From the NCBI RefSeq assembly GCF_963921235.1, contig NC_086108.1, forward strand, positions 72,356,001 to 72,420,000: 64,000 nucleotides of DNA, written 5' to 3'. Shown piece after piece: positions 40,149 through 50,506 of this stretch. The stretch is from Mobula hypostoma. Lineage: Eukaryota. The notes under the pieces are model-generated. The model worked only from the letters and a program-made list of their open reading frames with translations. It did not search any database and had not been told where the DNA came from. Within the stretch, counting starts at the first letter, position 1. Each line of letters opens with the position of its first letter. The position numbers were made by a program, and so were the translations under genes.

Positions 40149-41768
40149 CCACCATTTAATCCAAATCCCCAGTTACATCTTTTTGCAAAATTATCCCTGT
40201 TCCATCTTTCCCAACTAACCTGCCTTATCTTAAGACCATATTACCTGCAATATACACCTTCCAGTCAGGCTCAGTCACTTCAAAGACAACTATACTGTAA
40301 CATTGAAACTAAGTTTGTGCTATCTTACTTATCAAAACACACATACCCAAAATGCTGGAGGAACTCAGCAGGTCAGGCAATATCTATGTAAATGAATAAA
40401 CAGTCGCCGTTTCGGGCTGAGGCCTTTCATTAGGACTGGTCAATGGAAGTGAATGAATGATCCTCCAACAGTTTGTGTATGTTTTTGCTCCAGATTTCCA
40501 GCATCTGCAGAATCTTAATTCATTTCTTATCTACTTGCACCTTTGTTGGGGCAACTGTTAATGCATAAAGAACTCAGTTCTTTTTTGCACAGTTTTTAAA
40601 TATTGAAGAGATTTCTCCAATATTGGTAAACCACCATTGCCCTTACCCTTCAGCCCTCACCAAATTCCCTTCCCACCCCTTACACTTTAATCTGCACTTC
40701 TATTATTGCTATGATTATTTCAGTGCACTGCTGTAATAAATTGGTCTGTATGAATGGTATTTCGCTGTACATGTGACAATAACACACCAATATACCAATT
40801 TCAATTTATACCTCATAAAATTCAATTAGCTCTTTCAAATTACATTTTCAAACTAATCTCATTAAACCCTTTTATAAGGTTGTAGTTCGTTTGTCAATTA
40901 CTGTGAAGAGCATGTTGTTTAAATATTAAACCAAAATTGGTTTCGGTGTAGCGAGGATCTAATCTTTCCATTCTGTTCCATCCTTCCAGTCACTCACTGC
41001 CAATCTAATCATAACTAGTCTGAATACTGGCCCAATCTATACTTATGGGAATAATCCAGAGACAGCAATCTTAGAGATATTGTTGTACAGGACAGCAGCC
41101 CATCTTATCCATGTTAACAACGTGATACCTACTGTATCTACACAAATCCTAATTGCCTGCATTAGGCCCATATCCCTTCACCTATTCCCTATTGAAAAGC
41201 CTGTCCAAGAGCCTTTTAACGACTGTAATTGTACCCACCCAAACACTTCCTCTGGCACCTTATTCCATACAATCATCACCCTACATGTAAAAAAATGATC
41301 TGATACTCAGATCAACTTCAAATTCTCCCCCTCACCTTAAACCTATACTTCCTACCTTTAGTCTCCCCTTTCTTGGTAAAAATGCAAACTATTTCCCCTA
41401 TTCATGCCCTCATAATTTTATAAATCACAATATGATCATCCCTCAGGCTCCTACATCCAGTGAGAAAAGTTATTAGCCTATCCATACTCTCCTTATAAAG
41501 TAAAAGGCCTCCATTCCAGGCACCATCTTGAAAATTTACTTTTTGATTAGATCCTATGTCATTGATTTCATTTGAAATTATGATCTTTGACCACTTGATC
41601 AGAACTTTTTAAAAAATGCTTGTTGTTGCTGAACCCTGTTATCTCGGAGGTAATATGCCATTTGGGGTTTTGAATCATGTATACAAATATCTTTTCCTGA
41701 GAGAATCCCTTACAGTCACAACTCACCTATCCTTCCTATCACTGCTGTTTCCCTCATGATAACTCTTA

Positions 41769-42261
41769 AGGCTGATTTATACTTCTGCGTCAAATGGACG
41801 CCATAGGTACGGCATAGCCGCGAACCCTACGCAGTGCCTATGCGGATCTCTACGCCGTAGCCTGACGCGCACCTCTCCCAAAAAGTTACTATGCATCACG
41901 GCTTCGCAGACCACAACAACTGTGATTGGTCCATCGCATTTCCTCCTACGCTGCAATAGCTTCCCATTGGGCGACTGAAGGGCAGGGAAGGAACTCTGGC
42001 TGCAATGCTTTCCATAAAGCTTTACAGACCTCTGAAATCATGGAGGACACATTTCGCTTTTACGACAAAAGACACTCGCTTTACCTGAGAAAGACTACCA
42101 TGACCATGAAGCCTTGCACGGGCAGGTGTGTGCACATGCATGACGTGCGCAAATTGCAGAGCAACGCAGACACACCAACGCACAAGTATAAATGCTCACA
42201 ACGGCGTTGCCCACTTGCATAGGCTACAGCGCAAGCTTGATGCACAATTATAAATCAGCCT
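41769..42261. mobile_element. PIF/Harbinger-type MITE
   Basis: TIRs AGGCTGATTTATACTT / AATTATAAATCAGCCT; TTA TSD at 41766-41768 and 42262-42264; CpG-rich interior with repeated CTACGC motifs. Confidence 0.8.
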
Positions 42262-42404
42262 TTACTTTGCACTCCACAGTAATTTTCATAGACACTTGCC
42301 ACCAAATCACTCATTTGTTGATGTGACAAGTACCCTGACAAAAATGCCTATTGAGTGTATCCATAGGTCCATTGACCAAGCTGCAAAGGACAATTAGTTT
42401 TATG

Positions 42405-44780
42405 AAGTAGTGATCATAATATGATTGAATTCATACTGCAATTTGAGAGGGAGAAGCATAAGTCACATGGATCAGTATCGCAATGGAATAAAGGGAATTA
42501 CAGAGGCATGAGAGAGGAGCTTGTGAAGTTTCTGCGATGTTTTGCCTCACCTAGCGCTTCCACATGGAAGAAGTATCTGCTCTGGGCCAAGTTGTCCTAC
42601 AAACACTCATCAATATCACAATGGAATTACTGAGCCATGACAGAGTAGCTTGCTCAGGTGGATTGGAGGGGGATACAGGCAGGGATAATGGTTGAACAGA
42701 GGTGTTGAAGTTTCTGGAAATAGTTTACAAGGCGCTGGATGGATATGTCCCACAGAAGAAGTTGTTCTCAAATGGCAATGTTAGGCAACCGTGGCTGTCT
42801 AGGACTGCATAAAAGCCAAGGAAAGGGCATACAAGATAGCAAAAGTGAATGAGAAGTTGGATGATTGGGAATCTTTTAAAATGCAACAGAAGGCAACCAA
42901 AAAAGCTATAATATCAGAAAAGATTAAATATGAGGGCAAACTAGCCAATAATATAAAGCAGGTTACTAAAAGTTTTTCAGTTATATAAGAGTAAAAGGGA
43001 GGTGAGAGTTGATATTGGACCACTGGAAAATGATGCTGGTGAGGTAGTAATGGGGGACAAAGAAATGGCAGATGAACTTAATAAGTACTTTGCTTCAGTC
43101 TTCACTGTGGAAGACACTCACAGTGTGCCTGAGGTCCGAAAGTGTTGGGGAGCAGGAGTGAGTGCCGTTGCTATTACAAATGAAAAATTGCGGGGCAAAC
43201 TCAAAGGTCTTAAGGTGGATAAGTCTCCTGGGCCAGATGGACTACATCCCACAGTCCTGAAAGAGGTTGCGGTAGAGATAATGGATGCATTGGTCATGAC
43301 CTTTCAAGAATCACGATTCTAACATGGTGCTGGAAGACTGGGAAATTGCAAATGTCACTCCACTCTTTAAGAAGGGAGGAAGACAAGAGAGAGGAAATTA
43401 TAGGCCTGTTAACCTAACCTCAGTGGTTGAGAAAGTGTTGGAATCCATTATTTAGGATGAGGTTTCGGGGTACTTGAAGGCTAATGATAAAACAGATCAA
43501 AGTCAGCATGGTTTCTGTAAACGGAAATCTTGCCTGGCAATTCTGTTAAAATTCTTCAAGGAAGTAACAAGCAGGGTGGACAAAGGATAGGCAGTAGATG
43601 TCATTTACTTGGATTTTCAGAAGGCATTTGTTAAGGTGCCTCACATGAAGCTGCTTAACAAGATAACATCCAATGGTGTTACAGGAAATATACTGGCATG
43701 GATAGAGGAATGGCTGACAGGCAGGAGGGAGCGAGTGGGAATAAAAGTGGCCTTTCCTGGTTGGCTGCCAGTGACTAATGGTGTTCCTCAGGGATCAGTG
43801 TTGGGACCATATCTGTTCACATTGTTTGTCAATGATTTATACAATGGAATTGATGGTTTTGTGGCAAAGTTTGCAGATAATATGAAGATAGTGGTGGGGT
43901 AACGCTGAGGAAGCAATAAGATTTCAGCAGGAAGAATGGGCAAAAAAGTGACAGATGGAATACAGTTGGGAAATGTATGATAATGCATTTTGGTAAAAGG
44001 AACAAAAGTGCAGATTACTATCTAAATGGGTAGAAAATTCAAGCATCGGAGGTGGAGAGGGACTTTAGAGTCTTCATACAATACCTCCAGAAGGTTACTC
44101 CAGGTTGAGTCTGTGGTAAAGAAGGCAAAGGCAATTTTGGCATTTATTTCAAGGGGAACAGAATATAAAAGCAAGGAGATAATGCTGAGCCTTTATAAGA
44201 CACTGGTCAGGCCGCACTTGGAGTATTGTTAACAGTTTTGGACCCCATATCTCAGAAAGGACGTGTTGTCATTTAAGAGAGCCCAGAGGAGGTTCATGAG
44301 GATGATTCCAGGAATGAATGGGGTTAACGTATAAGGAGCATTTGGCAGCTTTAGACCTGTACTCACTGGAATTTAGAAGAATGCAGGGGTGTCTCATTGA
44401 AACCTACGAAATGTTGAAATAACTAGAAAAGATGGATGTGGAAAAGATGTTTCCTATCGTGTGGGTATCCGGAACTAAACGGCACAGCCTCAAAATTGAG
44501 AGGTGACCTTTTTAGAACAGAGGTAAGGAGGAATTTTTTAGCCAGAGGTTGGTGAATCTGTGGAATGCTCTGCCACAGACCAAGATGGCCAAGATGGTGG
44601 GTATATTTAAAGCAGAAATTGATAGTTTCCTGATTGGTCAGGGCATCAAAGGATATGGCAACAAGGCAGGTGTATGGAGTTGAGTGGGATCCGGGATCGG
44701 CCATGATGGAATGGCGGAGCAGACTCGATCGGCTGAATGGCCTAATTCTGTTCCTATGTCTTATGGTCTTAAGGTCTTAT
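42405..44780 (+). mobile_element. CR1 LINE ORF2 and 3' end, degraded
   Basis: SDHNMIEF, KSPGPDGLHP, DFQKAF, GVPQGSVLGP, KFADN and RPHLEYC fragments; tail CCTATGTCTTATGGTCTTAAGGTCTTA. Confidence 0.88.
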
Positions 44781-45329
44781 AGTCCTAGGATCCTGCAGAG
44801 AAATGTTTGCAGCATCTTCGATGTGAGACAATGAACAGGTAGGATTCTATCCAAGGAACGAACAGCTTTACCACAATTCCCATTGACTTCAAATTTACTT
44901 GTTTGCCATGTTAAAGGGTGCTTTGATGTCAAGCATACTCTTTCTTTTCTGTTATCCAGTTTCTATTTTCACTCCGATTCAGAAATCTGCACTCATTTAA
45001 TTCTGGCCTCCTGCTCATTGACAAATTGAATTCTTCACTATTGCACCCACTCTTTTGTGGGCAAGATATTAAGCCCTGGGAACATTCCTCTCTTAAAAAA
45101 ATACTTTAAAAGCTTCTTCTTTAAATAAGTTTTTGTCCTAATAACTCATGGAGTTTAGCATCAATCTTTGTTTGATATAACGCGCATCTTAACTAATAAG
45201 TTGTTTTGCTGCATTAAGCAAATGGAACTTGTATTTCATATATAGAACTCAATCCCTTTATCCAAAACAGGATCAAGGCTTGTTATGAGCTGTTGCTATA
45301 GAGCTTCGAACGGGCATCTACAGGTTATT

Positions 45330-47750
45330 GACACAAGAGGTACTGCAGTTGCAGGAAATCTAGAGCAATATACACAATGTGCTGAAGGAGCTCAGCAGGT
45401 CAGGCAATGGATGGGAATAAACAATTTACATTTTGAGCTGAAACCCTTCATTAGGACTAGAAAAGAAGGGGGAAGAAGGCAGAGTAAGATGGTGGGGGGA
45501 GGGGGCAGAAGTAAAGGTGGCAGGTGATAGGTGAAACTGGGATTGGGGAAGGGGGTGGAGTGAAGTACTGGGAAGTTGCTTGGTGGAAGAGATAAAGGGC
45601 CAAAGAAGGAGGAATCTGATAGGAGAGGACAGAAGACCATGGAGGAAATGGAAAGGAGAGGAGCAACAGGGAGAGGTGATGGGCAAGTAAACGAAAAGGT
45701 GTGAGAGGTAAACAAGAATGGAGAATAGTGAAGGAGAGGATGGGGTCAATTATCAGAGGTTCGAGAAATCATTGTTCATGCTATCAGGTTGAAGGCTACC
45801 CAGATGGACTAGAAGGTGTTGTTCCTCCAACCTGAGTGTGGCCTCATCACGGCAGTAGAGGAGGCCATGGACTGACATGTTGAAATGGGAATGGGAAGTA
45901 GAATTGAAATGGGTGGCCACTGAGAAATTCTGCTTTTTGTGGTGGACAGTGTGAAGGTGCTTGATGAAGTGGTCTCCCAATCTATGTCATGTCTCACCAA
46001 TATGCAAGAGGTCACACCAGGAACACTGGATACAGTAGATGACCCTAACAGACTTGCTGATGAAGTGTCACCTTACCTAGAAGGATGGTTTGGGTCCCTG
46101 AGCGGTAATGAGGGAGGAGGGGTAGGTGCAGGTGTGGGGCTTGTTCGGCTTGCAAGGGTAAGTTCCAGGAGGGAGATCAATGGGGAGGGACAGGTGGACA
46201 AGGGAGTCACACAGAGAGGGATCCCGCAGAAAGTGGTAGTTGGGGGAAGGGAAAGCTGTGCTTGGTGGTGTGATCCTGTTAGAGATGGCAGAAGTTACAG
46301 AGCATTATGTGCTGGATGCGAAGACTGATAGGGTGGTAGGCGAGGACAAGAAGAACAGGATCCCTGGTGTGGAGGCAGGAGTATGGGGTGGGGGTGGATG
46401 TGTATGAAATGGAAGAGATGCAGGGGAGGGCAGCATTGATGGTGGAGAAAGGGAAGTCCCTTTCTTTGAAGAAGGGAAACATCTGGAATGAGAAGCCTCA
46501 TCCTGTGAACAAATGAAATAGAGACTGAAGAGTGCGAGAAGGGAGTGGCACCTTTACAAGTGACATAGTGGGAAGAGGTAGAGGCAAGAAAGCTGTGAGA
46601 GTCAGTGGGTTTATAAAAGATATCAGTAGATAGACTGTTTCAAGAGATGGAGACAGAGAGATTGAGAAAAGGGAGAGAGGTGTCAGAAATGGACCAAAAA
46701 ATTTGAGGGCAGGGTGAAAGTTGGTGGAAAAGTTGACGAAATTGATGAGTTCAGCATGGGTGCAGGAAGCAGCACAAATGCAATTGTTAAGGCAGTGTAG
46801 GAAGAGTTGGAGAGCATTGTAGACTTGGAAATGGACTGTTCTGCATAGCCAACAAAAAGGCAGGCAAAGCTGGGAACCATGTGAGTGCCCATGGCTATAC
46901 CTTGGGTTCGAAGGGAGGTGCTGAAGGAGAAATTATTGAGGGTGACGACCAGTTCCACAAGACGGAGGAGTGTGGTGATGGAGGGGAACTGGTTCAGTCT
47001 GCTTTCCAGAAAGAAGTGGAGAGCTTTAAGGCCCTCCTGATGGGAGGGAGAGAGCTGTACAGGGACTAGACATCCATAGTGAAAATGAGACAGGGACAGG
47101 GAACTTCAAGTTCTTGAAGAAATTGAGCGCATGTGAATTGTCACAGATTTAGAGCTGAGGTATGCAGACCCGAGTTCAATGGGGCAGAACAATGTTCAGG
47201 TTTATGGATCTTGGGTAGGAGGTAGGAAAGGGAGGTGTGGGTTAAGGAAAGTATGATGTTGGTGGCAATGGATGGGAGATCCCTGGAATTGATGAGGTTG
47301 GTGATGGTGTGGAAGATAACGGCCTGATGCTCCTTAGTAGGGTCCTGTTCAAGGGTTAAGTAAGAGGAGATGTCTGAGAGTTGCCGTCTGGCCTCAGCAA
47401 TGTAGAGGTCAGTCCATCAGACTACTGCAGCACCCGACCCCCCCCCCCCCAGCCCCATCTGCAAGTTTGATGGTGAGACTGGGATTAGTGTGGAGAGAGG
47501 GGAGAGCAGCACGCTCAGGGGGAGTGAGGTTTGAATTGGAGAGAGGAGTGGTAAAATTGAGATGGACGATGTCTCATTGGCAGTTAGACATAAAAAGATC
47601 CAGAGCAGGGTATCCAAGAAGAGTAGGAGGGTTGAAGATGGGAGAAGGGGTCATTGGTGCAGGCTAGAGAGTCCTTGCCAAAGAAGTAGACACAGAGATG
47701 GAGGTTTGTTATCGTCCATTACTGATAAGTGAGAAGAGCCTTATGGGGGT
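45330..47750 (-). mobile_element. Penelope-like element, longer copy (RT + GIY-YIG), degraded
   Basis: Minus ORFs LNNFSF...QGIAMGT...PSFACLFVGY (PLE RT), FFKERDFP, GDHFIKHL...VATHFN...EATLRLEEQH; terminal repeat at ~45330-45460. Confidence 0.88.
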
Positions 47751-49149
47751 GAGGCAATTGGCTCTAATTGTGTTATTTTGTGGCCAGGGCATCCTTAGCA
47801 TTTCAGGTTGTATATTCTATACATCCTCGGATATTAAATGGATCTATTGAATGTCTTAGTATAAATGCCAAATGCAAGAGATTCTGCAGATGTTGGAAAT
47901 GCAGGGCAACACACACAAACTGCTGGAGGAACTCAGCCACTAAGGCAGCATCCATGGAGAGGAATAATCAGCAGATGTTTTGAGTTAAGATCCTTCATCA
48001 ATATAAATGCCACCCTTATTGATATGCTGGAACAGAATGGCTAGAGGTGTCCCATACTTTGAACATGAATTCAACAGGACAAACAAGGTATTGTTGGGTC
48101 CCATAGCCTTTGGTGCATCCATTACACTCAGTATTTCTTAAAGTGATACAGTATTGGAAACAATCAGATTCCCTGAGACTGGATTAAATGATACGGAGGA
48201 AGGTCATGCAGAATCTGAATTGAATCAATAGCCCAGATAGGCCAGACTGGATAAACTCTGCACACTTCCCTTCCTAGAAGGCATCCCTCAACCTAATAGG
48301 TTTCATGATTTGGCTACCATTACTGGATCTCTATTTTATATAATTTAAAAATTGTTAATTGAGTGGAAATTCCTCGGCTGCTGTGACAGGATCTGAATCA
48401 GTCTTTCCAATTCACCTGACCAGACCTCTGGATTCCTCATCATCTTGACGCCATCTCACTCAATGGCATTATATTTTAATGCAATAAACAAAAAAATACA
48501 GATGCTGGAAACCTGAAGTAAAATCAGAAAATGCTGAAAATACTCACTAGATCAGCCCAGAGCTGTGGGAGAGAAGCAGCGCTAATATTTCAAGTAGATG
48601 ACTCTTAGTCAAAAGGGAAACTTGACCCAAAACGTTAATACGAGGAAATCTGCAGATGCCGGAATTTCAAGCAACTTTTATGTGTGTTGCCCGAAACGTT
48701 AATAACTGTTTCTCATCCCACAGACGTGGCTTGACCTGCTGAGTATCTCCAGCCTTTTCTTCCGTATAGTAGATCCTTAATTGGTAACGGTACGATTTGT
48801 TAATGGTATTAGATTAAATTCAACTTTATTGTCATTGTGCCGAGTACAGATACAAAACCGATGAAATGCAGTTAGCATATACAACTATTCATGTATTTTC
48901 CGAAACACCTACATTACAAATTGTCAGGCTTTTTACAATGATAATCTTGCTGGAGTACAAGTTTACTGCAGTCCTTCTCCAAGTCCGCGGCTCAGCGTGC
49001 TTTAATGCAACACGTAGCGACTCCAACCCAGTTCGTGAACCGAGTCCGGGTCCTGCTCCGTCCCAGCGAGGTATCAGCGCATCTGCACAGATTCTGCAGT
49101 GCAATGACCGACTTCCACTCGCAATTTATCACTGACAGTGGGTGTGGTT

Positions 49150-49200
49150 AGACACGTCACATTATAAATGCTGGAAGTCTGGCTGGGTGAAAGTGACTGC
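49150..49200 (+). promoter_or_regulatory. Putative core promoter of the PI3K regulatory subunit gene
   Basis: CACGTCAC (CRE/ATF-like) at 49153-49160 directly followed by TATAAA at 49163-49168, in a CpG-enriched, repeat-free stretch ~1 kb upstream of the ATG. Confidence 0.45.
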
Positions 49201-49394
49201 AATGAACAGTCCTAACTGCGGAGTTTCGGATGTCTCAGCAAGGAACAACTAAAATAAAACAACAGCAGGAAAAAAAAACAGCCATGGAACGACTGTGCGC
49301 GTCACTTCCAGCACACCATGTACTTGGGTCTGCCTGAACCCCCATCCAAGTGGCACTGAGCATCTCTACGACAAATCGCGTGGGATTTGGAGAG
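49195..49394 (+). other. Putative non-coding first exon (5' UTR); start approximate
   Basis: Strong donor GAG|GTATGT at 49394/49395 downstream of the TATA box. A matching long polypyrimidine tract (~49825-49875) ends in a CAGTAG acceptor at 49884-49889. Confidence 0.45.
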
Positions 49395-49886
49395 GTATGT
49401 ATTTTTAACCCTAATGTTGAAAATTGGGGACGTCTGGAATTATTTTGTTTTAACTTGGTGTTTGTATCGCAAATTCTATAAAGAACAACGCATCTTATTT
49501 TGGGAATTGCTCGTTTTCAAATTGCGTTTTTATTTTGCTTCACTTTCTCTTTATGTTCAATGTCAAAAGCTTCAGCGATATTTAAAAATTGGGGATTGGT
49601 GGGATTTGGTCCCCATTGGCCAGAACGGCTGAAGACGCATGTGCTCTGGAGATGAACTGCAGTGGGTTGGTTTTGCTCTGTGGTGAATTATAAGATTAAC
49701 CTATTCCCAAACGCTGTTAGTGTGTCCCATGCACTTCCGCACAGACACCTCTAGTGCCTTGTACATATTAGATAATTATAAGCGCATGTAATGTCCTCTG
49801 ATTTTTTTCTGGCCGCTTTAATGAGCTCTTCTTTTTTCTCTCGCTCCCTCTTTCTCTCCACCCGTCTCTGTCCCTGGTTAATTCAG

Positions 49887-50181
49887 TAGGATTACTAGAA
49901 GGACTTGAACCGGATGGATTCCGCTTGATTAGCATCTGTCCGAAGCAGAAAAAGCCACACAGCCAGCACACTTCGTGAAGTTTCACGGTGTCACGCAACT
50001 TGGGTGCCAGCTCTGTCGAAGTGTGGGGAATGGAAACTGCAGCAGGCGAAACAGCGGGCATTTCACACAGGGGGAATTAACAGGGTTTTGGCATTGACCT
50101 TGAGTCGGTGCTCGTCCTCAGGAGCTGCCACCATCTCTTATTTTTTAGACAGAGCATTTACTTCCTTCAGCCATACCAAAA
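49887..50181 (+). other. Putative 5' UTR portion of the ATG-containing exon
   Basis: Begins after the pyrimidine tract and CAG acceptor; contains short upstream ORFs; contiguous with the CDS at 50182. Confidence 0.45.
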
Positions 50182-50506
50182 ATGTGCACCGAGGGTTTCC
50201 AATACCGGGCTCTGTTTGAGTACAAGAAGGAGCGAGAAGAAGATATCAACCTATTGCCGGGTGACCTGCTCACCGTTAGCAAGTCGGTGCTGCTGACTGC
50301 CAATTATCAAGAAGGAGATGAGAAAAATCCCAAAGGGTGGCTAAATGGAGTTAACGAAAGAAATAAGGACAAAGGAGACTTCCCTGGGACCTATGTCGAG
50401 TTCGTTGGACCGATTCGAATTGTGCCTCCAACTCCCAAGCCAAGACCGAGACCTGTTCCTCCTACCCCCAGCGGCTCGGCAGCGGCCAGTCCGGTCCCAC
50501 TTTCTG
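50182..50506 (+). CDS. PIK3R3: First coding exon of a class IA PI3K regulatory subunit (p85-type SH3 domain + proline-rich linker); probably the long SH3-containing isoform of PIK3R3, paralogue assignment less certain than family
   Basis: Translation MCTEGFQYRALFEYKKEREEDINLLPGDLLTV...GWLNGVNERNKDKGDFPGTYVEFVGP...PPTPKPRPRPVPPTP matches the p85 N-terminal SH3 (EGxQYRALY..., GDFPGTYVE) and PxxP linker. Consensus donor CTG|GTAGGT after 50506 gives a 325-nt, phase-1 exon, the phase I recall for the p85alpha/beta equivalent exon. The ORF-track extension to 50550 is intronic read-through. Confidence 0.88.
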
